This document shows, piece after piece, positions 53,800 through 64,000 of a stretch of 64,000 nucleotides of DNA. The stretch's first letter is position 1. Each line of letters starts with the position of its first letter. Under the pieces are notes generated by a model. That model saw only the letters and a list, made by a program, of their open reading frames with translations, ran no database searches and was not told the origin of the DNA. Source of the stretch: Octopus vulgaris (lineage: Eukaryota); assembly GCA_951406725.2 (NCBI GenBank), contig OX597839.1, positions 22,754,001 through 22,818,000 of the forward strand, written 5' to 3'. Both the position numbers and the translations under genes were made by a program.

Positions 53800-54310
53800 T
53801 CATCATCATCGTTTAACGTCTGCTTTCCATGCTAGCATGGGTTGGACAGTTCAACTGGGGTCTGGGGAGCCCGAAGGCTGCACCAGGCCAGTCAGATCTG
53901 GCAGTGTTTCTACAGCTGGATGCCCTTCCTAACGCCAACCACTCCGAGAGTGTTGTGGGTGATTTTATGTGCCACCGACACAGGTGCCAGACGAGGCTGG
54001 CGAACGGCCACGCTCGGATGGTGTTTTTATGTGCCACCGACACAGGTGCCAGACGAGGCTGACGAACGGCCACGCTCGGATGGTGTTTCTTACGTGCCCA
54101 CAGCACGGAGGCCAGTCGATGCGGTACTGGCTACGGCCACGTTCAGATGGTTTTCTTGTGTGCCACCGGCACTGGTACCATAAAGATACAAATTCCATTG
54201 ATGTTCATCTATTTTGATTTGATTTGATTTGATTTTCACTTGCCTCAACAGGTCTTCACAAGTGTCACAAGAAGGAAGGAAGGTATGCACAGGTGAACTG
54301 ACAACGTCCC
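53800..54310 (-). mobile_element. RTE-type LINE 3' UTR inserted in a ~45 bp minisatellite (53615-54470)
   Basis: Near-identical to 30915-31322. The flanking unit CACACATACACATATGTCATATACATATAACATATA is split at the insertion. Confidence 0.75.
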
Positions 54311-54412
54311 ATAACATATATATATATATACATACACACACACACACATACACATATGTCATATACATATAACATATATATATATACACATACACATATG
54401 TCATATACATAT

Positions 54413-54468
<56 letters not shown>

Positions 54469-55362
54469 TGGGTCAATCCCAGTAATTTTGTCTCTTTTTT
54501 TATTTTTGAAAGCCTGGTACTTATTGTATCAATGTCTTTTGCCGAACTGCTAAGTTATGGGGATATAATCACACCTACACCCATTGTCAAGCAGTGGCGG
54601 TGGCAGTGGGGTACCGACACAGACACACACACACGTGTACACATATCAGGCTTCTTTCAGTTTCCATCTATGAAATCCACACAGAGGGCTTTGGTCGGCC
54701 CGATGTGCCATGCAGGGTACTAAACCTGGAACTCGATGATTGGGAAGCAAATTCCTTACCACACAGCCCTGCCTATATAATATATACATATTGTAAGTAT
54801 ATGATATATACACACATATACATATATACACACGTTTGGCAATGCAAACAGAAAAAAGCGAACTCAAAACTGATGTATATATATAAATGCTATTGTAGAG
54901 TGCTAACACACGAAACTCTCGACCCCTGAGTCACTCTGCTGCTTATGCTAAATATTGATAAAATATATAATGTATATAATAAGTATATGATATATAAAAG
55001 CAACATGATATACATAATATGTCTAAATCTGATTGATCTCTGTAATGGAAAAGCAGTGTTTTCTAAAGGGGGTGGGGATCACTGAATTTTTTGGTTTGTT
55101 TTTGTTTTGTTTTGTGTGTGTTATTGATTTATTTCTATCCAATTCTGTGTGAGTCGATCAAATACAGATTAAAGGTTATTAACGATATTGAAGTAAATTG
55201 GATGGTGGATTTAAGACAAGGGTCAGGTAAGAACCTGTGAAGATCAGAGTGCAGTATGAGACTTTGTCAATGGGGAAGAAATAATGATTTGGTATGGCAT
55301 TGATTCAGATTGACTGTTTGGTATGTCATGGCGCTGACATTCAGTTCTTCTAAAGAGACTAT

Positions 55363-56620
55363 AATACAAAGTCTGATGAAATGGTATCAGGAATGTTGCT
55401 ATTGTAAGGGAGCTAAAGTTTGCAGAGTGAAGCTGCTTGGCTCACAATGACCTTCAACTCTGTCACATGTGCTCACTAAGTTACAATGTTCACACTCCCT
55501 TTTATTGTTTATATCAGTGTTAGAAGTAAAGTGCGTAGAGTGCGGCCATCTCAAAAAAAAAAAACCGGTTTCATCCATTGAAGATCTTCATGATTGTGTG
55601 GAGGAAGACCAAAACTTTTTGAAAATGGTCATACCAGGTGACAAATTGATGTTGTATCACAGTGTTTCTCAACTGGGATCCATATAAGATGTTAGGGGGG
55701 CCCATGCAACAAAATAGCGAATTGGAGATCCACAATAGTATTTTAAAGGACCCTGAAAATATTTTTCTTTAGATGCCTCAGTATTTATTGCAAGAAACAG
55801 CTAGGTTTCTTTCTCTAACATTTTACATAAGTTCAACCTACACAAGTGAATATTGGAAAAACAAAATAAGAATTCTGAAAGAAGTTTACTCTTTTACTCT
55901 TTTACTTGTTTCAGTCATTTTGACTGCGGCCATGCTGGAGCACCACCTTTAGTCAAGCAAATCGACCCCGGGACTTATTCTTTGTAAGCCCAGTACTTAT
56001 TCTATCGGTCTCTTTGCCGAACCGCTAAGTGACGGGGACCTAAACACACCAGCATCGGTTGTCAAGCAATGCTAGGGGGACAAACACACATATATATATA
56101 CATATATACGACTGGCTTCTTTCAGTTTCCGTCTACCAAATCCACTCACAAGGAATTGGTCGGCCCGGGGCTATAGCAGAAGACACTTGCCCAAGATGCC
56201 ACGCAGTGGGACTGAACCCGCAACCATGTGGTTGGTTAGCAAGCTACTTACCACACAGCCACTCCTAGAAAATTAGTTTTTTAAACATAGAATGGCTATG
56301 GGGGTCCACCAGAATGAGATAGTAATCAAAGGGGTCCATAGATACAAAATGGTTGAGAACCTTTGTCCATTGCTATGACCCTGCAAGCCAGGGATTGAAA
56401 GGAACTAAATTTCAAATTGTCTAGGAAATTCAAGAAAATGTGACAAGGCACAAAAGGGGTTCCAGGAATGCTTCCATCAATGGAAATGATGATGTATAAA
56501 GTGGGTGGCTTCAGAAGGGGGCAACTTTGAAGGGGATTAAATGTTGAATTGATATGGGTTGGACTTGTCTTCTTATAGCACCAGACACGAGGATACTCTT
56601 TGTTCAGATCTCATAAAACG
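55363..56620 (+). mobile_element. decayed mariner containing a hAT-like MITE (55660-56365), which contains a family-A SINE (55884-56266, -)
   Basis: EDQNFLKMVIPGDK lies before and VHCYDP after the insert, then CFHQWK..KWVASEGGNFEGD* at ~56470-56540. MITE ends CAGTGTTTCTCAAC / GTTGAGAACCTTTG. Confidence 0.7.
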
Positions 56621-56862
56621 TGAAGCAGCTGCATGCAAAGTTAAAAAAAAAAAAACAGCAACAGTATGGGGTGGGGGTGGGGGATTGTCTACAAGTGGTG
56701 GCGCTTGTTTGCAATCTTCTGCAAAAACATGTCTGGTCTAGGGAGAAAATATTACCTTGCTCAGAAGCAAATGAAGGGTCAGCAACGGGAAGTGCATCCA
56801 GCTGTAGAAAATCTGATTCTACAGGTTTCATCAATTCCATGGAAATGTGGAAAAGTAAGAAC

Positions 56863-57019
56863 GATGATGATAATGGTGGTGGTGTTGATGATGATGATGA
56901 TGATGCTGCTGCTGATGATGATGATGATGACAACGACTATGATGCTGATGCTGATGATGATGGTAATGATGATGACAATGATAATGATGGTGCCGATGAT
57001 GATGATGATGATGATGATG
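56863..57019. repeat. (GAT)n trinucleotide array, expanded tail of an RTE-type fragment (56700-56870)
   Basis: Directly visible. Confidence 0.9.
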
Positions 57020-58293
57020 AAAAAGAGGAGATACAATACAAGCCAACAAAAGCACTTCTAGGCAGTCAGTCATTCTGTTAGAAGTAACTGCCAAATGTTC
57101 CTCAAATTACAGCCTGCTAGCTTTACAAAAAGGAACTCATTGGCTAAAATAGTCCTAGATACACTCTGTATAAACACGACCCACCCCCATCCCATGGTGT
57201 GGTCATAATTGGAATGCCTTTGATCGTAAGTCAGCACTAGGATGGATCTTGAATAGCTCTAACTGGATATCAAATGTCTCCATAAAATGCAGATATATCT
57301 CTCCACCCGACACCCACCCTGCCAACATGTCACCACCCTACCCTGTCCTTCTACCCAGTCTATCATTCCCCACCATCACTCTATCCCACATCACCTGATC
57401 CAGAAAACACAGCAGCTTCCACACAGACGTTCTACTTGCTAGAAATAGCAACCAAATTCCCCTCAAATCACACTCTAATGTTGTCAGAACAAAACAAAAG
57501 CATAGAGAAAAAATAGGACACATTGATAAAAGCTGTTTTAGATACATTACCTGAATAAAAGAAAAAAAAAAAAAAAAAAGGACAGACAGGATGGTCATGG
57601 ATGGAATTCGTTTGATCATAGATCTCTATTCAATCAAAATTCAGAATCGATTTAATGGACAATAACAACAACAGCAACAGCAACAAATGATGTCACCATC
57701 AACACATCCATCCTTTGTATGTTTTAGAGATGATTTACACTCGAAATATGCCCATATTGGAAAGCACCCTCCTCTCACGCACACACCACTCTCTCGCTTG
57801 CTGTGTCATACATGACTTCTCTCAACTACGTTTCTGCCTCCACCCCTTCCCCAGTCTTACTCAGCTTTTACGAACAGCCCTCACATTAAACAAGATCAAT
57901 ATATACAAAGCCGTCTAATCTATACCGCCACAAGAAAATAGATTATTCAGTTTTATTCCAAAGCCTGTCCAAGAATGGATTTTTATTTATTTAGTATTTG
58001 TTTTGCTCTGTCTTTGCTGGAAACCGTAATGATTGATTATCAGGACAACTTTTCTGTCACTTGAATAAAATGTTGGTTATATATGACGGCCAAATCAACA
58101 GGATTAGATCACTTGAAAAAGAAACACACAAAAACCATTCTAGCTGAGCCACTCACAAAGATTACAATCCTGTTATTACGGAGAGCAACGGAGAGAAAGC
58201 ATTTTCAAAAAACATTATTCTATGTTATTTTATCAGATTTTCATTATTACCATTCCATGGTGAGCAGCAGGCAGAAGCATTAGGACACTGGGG

Positions 58294-58860
58294 AAAATGC
58301 TTGGCAGCATTTCACCCATCTTTACATTCTGAGCTCAAATTCCTGAGGTTGATTCTGCATTTCACCCTTTTGTACCAGTTGATCGCTGGGGTTGATGTAA
58401 TTGACTCTCTTTCCCCTCTCCTGAATTTTCTGGCTTTGTGCCAAAATATTAAACCAATTTTACTGCACCAGGCAAAATGCTTGGCGGCATTTCACCCATC
58501 TTTACATTCTGAGCTCAAATTCCTGAGGTTGATTCTGCATTTCACCCTTTTGTACCAGTTGATCGCTGGGGTTGATGTAATTGACTCTCTCTCCCCTCTC
58601 CTGAATTTTCTGGCTTTGTGCCAAAATATTAAACCAATTTTACTGCACCAGGCAAAATGCTTGGCGGCATTTCACCCATCTTTACATTCTGAGCTCAAAT
58701 TCCTGAGGTTGATTCTGCATTTCACCCTTTTGTACCAGTTGATCGCTGGGGTTGATGTAATTGACTCTCTCTCCTCTCCTGAATTTTCTGGCTTTGTGCC
58801 AAAATATTAAACCAATTTTACTGCACCAGGCAAAATGCTTGGCGGCATTTCATCCGTCTT
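58294..58860 (+). repeat. 180 bp tandem repeat, ~3.1 copies, derived from a Nin-SINE
   Basis: Near-identical units start at 58294, 58474, 58654 and ~58833. Confidence 0.92.
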
Positions 58861-59441
58861 TATGTCCTGAGTTCAAATCTTGCCAAGGTTGACTTAGCCT
58901 TTTTATGTTTGTTACCAAATTGTTAGATACGTGTTTATTCTGCGACTGTTTAGGCAGGATTTTTATAGCTGGATGCCCTTCCTAACATCAACCACTCAGC
59001 AAAGTGGACTTAGTGCTTTTTACATGGTACAAGCACAGATGAGGTCAATTTTGGCAAGGTTTTTACAGCTGGATGCCCTTCCAAATGCCAAACACTTTAC
59101 AGTGTGGACTGGATGCTTTTTAAGTGGCACCTGCTATTCAAGGTCCATCCTAGTGCTGACTTACGATCAAAGGCATTCCAATTATGACCACACCATGGGA
59201 TGGGGTGCGTCGTGTTTATACAGAGTGTATCTAGGACTATTTTAGCCAATGTGTTCCTTTTTGTAAAGCTAGCAGATTTTTACAGCTGAATGCCCTTCCA
59301 AATGCCAAACACTTTACAGTATGGACTGGATGCTTTTTAAGTGGCACCTGCACTGACAGGGTCACCAAGTACCTTGCAGGACAAAAAAAAATCTCTTTTG
59401 AGAGAGGAGGGGCATTGGAAGAGTTGATCTTGTGTCAGAGC

Positions 59442-59755
59442 CAGCACTGAAAGTTATGAGATTTTGTATACGAATACACCAATGTAAATAATGCAATCGA
59501 AGATAGAAAAGTAAGTAATGGGTGTATTTGCACATTTCAGGAGTTATTGCTCCTTCATCAGTGCCACATCCAACCCATTACCCATACACGAACACATTGC
59601 TTAAATAGCCACAAAGTTTAACAGTGTAACACTACTGGACAGACTAATTTACATATTAAACTTGAAATATGCATAGACACCCATTAGCTATATTTCTATC
59701 CTTGATCGCATTGTCTACATTAACATATTCACAAAATGTCCTAATTTCAGAGCTG
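59442..59755 (-). mobile_element. old fold-back element with hammerhead motif (59527-59563)
   Basis: Arms ~59442-59541 and 59661-59755. Minus strand CUGAUGA-AGGAG-CAAUAA-CUCCU-GAAA-UGUGCA. Confidence 0.65.
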
Positions 59756-59810
59756 ACCCTGAATTCTATAGAATAACTGTAGAGATAACTTAAAAGTAAT
59801 TGTATTGCAC

Positions 59811-59848
59811 TGCTAACTCAAAAAGGTAGATACCTTTTTGAGTTAGCA
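59811..59848. repeat. perfect 18 bp-arm palindrome
   Basis: TGCTAACTCAAAAAGGTA-GA-TACCTTTTTGAGTTAGCA. Confidence 0.95.
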
Positions 59849-60331
59849 CTGACTTATAAACCTTTGCGAAAATAAAATGCAGTGTCCCTTCCAAAATATG
59901 TACCGAACCATTTGGTAAAAATACATAAAAAAAGCAAAGTCAATCTTGGCAGAATTTGAACTCAAGACATAAAAATGGACAAAATACCACTAAGCATTTT
60001 GCCTGGTGCAGTAATGATTCCACCAGTTTGCTATCTTACGGAGCAGTAAAAATGGTTAAATATTTTGGCACAAAGCCAGAAAGTTCAAGAAAGGGGACAA
60101 GTCAATTACATCGACCCCAGTGATCAGCTGGTACTTTTTTTATTGACCCTGAAAAGATGAAAAACCATTTGGTAAAAGAAAAAAAAACCCCCCAAAATAT
60201 CAAGTAAAAACAAAATCAAAAATGAACTGCAATAAACTATTTTCCAATATCAGAAACAATATTTCGTTCATATTTGAGCCAAATTAATACAACACAAACA
60301 TTTTTTATCTTATATGATCTGCGTGTTACCA

Positions 60332-60345
60332 GTTTCCATGGAAAC
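60332..60345. promoter_or_regulatory. perfect palindromic RFX X-box motif
   Basis: GTTTCCATGGAAAC in non-repetitive sequence. Confidence 0.4.
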
Positions 60346-61002
60346 CAGGATGTCTAATGAATTCACCAAAGGTAAAAGCTACTCTGAAGAACAAAACTAT
60401 TGAAGGTCTGCATTGATAAAAGGGTAACAACAGGTTCCACAGAGAATGGCTATGTTCAAGACATTAGGCTTCTATTCTTCCTAATGGCAAAATAGTTTAT
60501 TCCGAGAAACCGTTTCCAATGCCGACATTTCTCTGAACCCTACTTTACTTAGAAAACAAAGAATTGGATTAACTTAGTTAGCATTTGACTTGTTACCATT
60601 GATTTTCTTCCCTCTGAGACTCTAAGCTAGAACAATGATAATCTAATGGAAGAGGTTCCTTGGTCCCAACATAAAACCATTTCTCTTTCAAAGACATTTT
60701 ATCAAAACTTCTTCATTTAAAACAGAATCAAACATAAACCAATGTTGCTGTTGTTGTTGTTGTTTGGCACCAAGTCATCTTTGAAGGAGTAAATCTATCA
60801 TCAAAGACATTCCAGCAGTGACCATTCAGGTTTTCAAGTATGTGCGTATGTGTATGTAAGTATGTGTGTGTGTGTGAGACTGTTTGTATATGTATGACAG
60901 AGAGTGTGTGTGAGTATGCATGTATGTGTATGTGTGTGAATGTGTATGAGAGAGAGGGAGTGTGTGTGAGTATGAGAAAGAGAGTGTGTAAGAGGAGAGT
61001 GT

Positions 61003-61046
<44 letters not shown>

Positions 61047-61385
61047 GACAGCCAGGGACTCCTCAATGCATCATCCAAGGCAATAAGGGAATGATTTTAA
61101 AGAAAATCTGGCTGCTACTTTCAGCTGGTCAAACAACCAAGTAAATGTTCCTTCATTAACTCACCAGTTAATTAATCACCAGTAATTTCGAATATTTTAT
61201 GAATGAAAATAAATTTTCTCTTCTTTTGTAGAACTTAATTTCAGTCTCCCCACAAATGACAGTATACTCAGCCACGTACACATTCATTTAACAAACAGCT
61301 ACTTTGGTTAATCAAACAAGAAAAACTTCGTTACCAGAATCATTAATTAGCCGTTTACTATCATATTTTATCTAACATACATATA

Positions 61386-62200
61386 TTCTTTTATTCTTTT
61401 ATTTGTTTCAGTCATTTGACTGCAGCCATGCTGGAGCACCGCCTTTTAGTCAAAGAAATCAGCCACAGGAATTATTCTTTGTAAGCCCAGTACTTATTCT
61501 ATCAGTCTCTTTTGCCGAACTGCTAAGTTATGGGGGACATAAACACACCAACATTAGTTGTCAAGCAATGATGGTCTTGGGCAGCACACACCCTAGCTAC
61601 GCTAGTGATTGTGTGTACCTATGATAGGATCTCATCATCATCATCATCGTCGTTTAGCATCCGTTTTCCACGCTAGCATGGGTTGGACGGTTCTACTGGG
61701 GTCTGTGAAGCCAGAAGGCTTCATCAGGCCCAGTCAAATCTGGCAGTGTTTCTACGGCTGGATGCCCTTCCTAACGCCAACCATTCCGTGAGTGTAGTGG
61801 GTGCTTTTTACGTGCCACCCGCACAGGTGCCAGATGCATAAAATATGCACATGTGCAGGCACGGGTGTGTGATAAAAAGCTTGCTTCCCAACCACATGGT
61901 TCTGGGTTCAGTCTCACTGTGTGGCACACACCAAATTCTGGCAAGTAGATTTGGTAGACAGAAACTGAAAGAAGCCTATTGCATGTGTGTGTGTGTGTGT
62001 TTGCTTATATTTACCTCTCATCACTGCTTGACAACCGGTGTTGGTATGTTTACACCCCCATAACTTAGTTGTTCAGCAAAACAGACTGATAGATTAAGTA
62101 CCTGGCATATAAAAAAAGACTAAATACTGGGGCCAATTCTTTAAACTGGTGCCCCAGCATGGCCACAGTCTAATGACTGAAACAAGTAAATGTTAAAAGA
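61386..62200. mobile_element. family-A SINE tail (-), RTE-type 3' end (61632-61833, -) and old family-A SINE (61855-62200, +)
   Basis: Similarity to the other copies in the window. Confidence 0.75.
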
Positions 62201-62345
62201 TACACAAATGTGTGTGTGAGTCTCTATAATAAACACACACACATTCGCGTGCACGCGCACACACACACACACATGCACGCACGCATATATCGTCAGTAAA
62301 TCATAAATCCTCCCAAGTTACAGAGCAGTGGAGCATTTAGAGAAA

Positions 62346-62596
62346 GGTAGTTAAGGCCGGTTCATAGGGTCACCCCAGGCTTTTGCATCCATAAAGCGTG
62401 TGGCAGAGCCTAAAGGCCAGTAGCTTATAACCTCTCTTCGAAGTGGCAGGAGAAAAGGCCTCATGGCTAGTTTTTGGACACACAAAGAAGAGAGGTTATA
62501 GGCCACTGGCCTTTAGGGTCTGACGAGATGTATGTAAAGCCCAGTGCATTATGCACCTGAAACCCTGGGTAACCCCATGAACTGGCCATAACTGTC
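62346..62596 (+). mobile_element. fold-back element with near-intact type I hammerhead (62515-62576)
   Basis: Inverted arms ~62346-62438 and 62487-62596. GGGU-CUGACGA-GAUGUAU..AUGCACC-U-GAAA-CCCUGG-GUA-ACCC. Confidence 0.75.
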
Positions 62597-62609
62597 TTCA
62601 TCAAACTGT

Positions 62610-62955
62610 TATTCTTTTACTTGTTTCAGTCATTCGACTGCAGCCATGCTGGAGCACCACCTTTAGTTGAACAAATCTACCCCAGGACTTATTCTTTGTA
62701 AGCCTAGTACTTATTCTATCAGTCGCTTTTGCCAGTCGTAAACAAACCAACATCAGTTGTCAAGCAATGGCAGGACACACACACACACAGAGGACACTCT
62801 TCTTTCAGTTTCTGTCTACCAAATCCCCTCACAAGACTTTGGTTGGCCCGAGGCTATAGTTGAAGACAGTTGCCCAAGGTGCCACGGAGTGGGACTGAAC
62901 CTGGAACCAGGAGGTTGGGAAGCTAGCTTCTTACTACACAGCCACTCCTGCGCCT
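62610..62955 (-). mobile_element. family-A SINE
   Basis: Reverse-complement match to 845-1249. Confidence 0.85.
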
Positions 62956-63085
62956 TATGTATATATGGTGTGTGTCTGTGTGTCTAATGAAAACAATTTA
63001 ATCGACACTATATTCTGTGATGCATAACTGATGTAGAAACAGAGATGATGTGTGTTGAGACTCACATCCAAAGCTTCAAATTGCA

Positions 63086-63129
<44 letters not shown>

Positions 63130-63669
63130 TACACACAGCTAGATAGACAAATATATATATAAAAAACAAGCAAAAATCAGAGACAGTCATCACACGAGAA
63201 GCGTCAATATGTTGAAGCGTGCAGCGTTAAGGAAAGCCAGGCAACAGCATCACTAATACGACCACACTTGTTGCTAACAAGCTGGAAACTCGGCAACTCA
63301 AAGATGCATGTCAAACCTCTCACGAAATAAAGGGCTGGACCCTTTTTTTCGCTGGAAGGAACCCTGATGGAAACTAGAAGCCAAAACTATCAGAACTATC
63401 CTACCTGTCCTTTTTCCGTTTTTGAAACATGGTGATGGAGAAATTGTGAAATCCTTCTGTTGATGTTGTTGTTGTTGTTGTTGTTGTTGATGCTGTTTCG
63501 CTCTGAAAAATCCTAGTATGTTTAATTCTGTGTATTTTTTTTCTTAATTTGCTTTTAACGAACTTTATTCGTTGTTGCCATCCATGGAGTTTGCTCATAG
63601 GAGTCTGTCAGTCGGTCTCTTTAATGTGTGCCTACTTCTATGGTACATTGCTGTAGCTTCATCGCAACA

Positions 63670-63712
63670 TCTCTCTACTCTCTCTCTCTCTCATCCATCT
63701 ATGATGTTTCTA

Positions 63713-63749
<37 letters not shown>

Positions 63750-63938
63750 ATCCATCCATGATGTTTCTACTCTCTCTCTTTCTCTCTCTCTCTGTCATCC
63801 ATCCATGATGTTTCTACTCTCTCTCTCTTTCTCTACCTCTCTCTTTCTCTCTGTCATCCATCTATGATGTTTCTACTCTCTCTCTCTCTTTCTCTCCCTC
63901 TCTCTTTCTCTCTCTCTCTCTCTGTCATCCATCTATGA

Positions 63939-63974
<36 letters not shown>

Positions 63975-63975
63975 T
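63670..63975. repeat. compound minisatellite: TCATCCATCYATGATGTTTCT core x5 with variable (CT)n spacers
   Basis: Cores at ~63691, 63747, 63795, 63854 and 63925. Confidence 0.9.
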
Positions 63976-64000
63976 GTCTCTCTTTCTTATCTTCTGACTC

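Noticed and set aside
54885-54935. Further hammerhead-like halves (also ~2615-2646, 20575-20600, 36785-36825)
   Set aside because: The GAAA-stem III half is plausible but the CUGAnGA core is missing or too degenerate to call.
56604-57094. poly-Asp, poly-Met and poly-His ORFs
   Set aside because: (GAT)n expansion of a retroelement tail.
58301-58810. 169 aa ORF with three 60 aa repeats
   Set aside because: Consequence of a 180 bp SINE-derived tandem repeat.
63670-63975. Repeat-spacer appearance
   Set aside because: The spacers are only (CT)n, and the context is eukaryotic.

Overview
AT-rich, microsatellite-saturated eukaryotic DNA. The repeat families suggest an octopus (coleoid cephalopod) intron or intergenic region, but that is inferred, not database-checked. 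I find no intact protein-coding gene, and almost every ORF in the track is a reading of (CA)n, (TA)n, (GA)n or (TCTA)n repeats or of SINEs. The window contains ~20 copies of a ~400 bp tRNA-headed SINE, Nin-domain and CORE-type SINEs, truncated CR1 and RTE LINE ends with target-site duplications (TSDs), Tc1/mariner, piggyBac and hAT MITEs, Helitron-like pieces, a decayed 28S rRNA fragment and a 2.2 kb TA/TACA array. Two signals stand out. (1) At least six unrelated short elements, several folded back as inverted repeats and several sitting in (TA)n, carry minimal hammerhead-ribozyme motifs of the Penelope-like/retrozyme type. The best preserved is at 62515-62576. (2) There is a candidate minus-strand transcription unit, with an exon at ~29455-29860 and a consensus recursive-splice (ratchet) site at 6420/6419. 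All calls were made by eye, and boundaries of decayed repeats are approximate.
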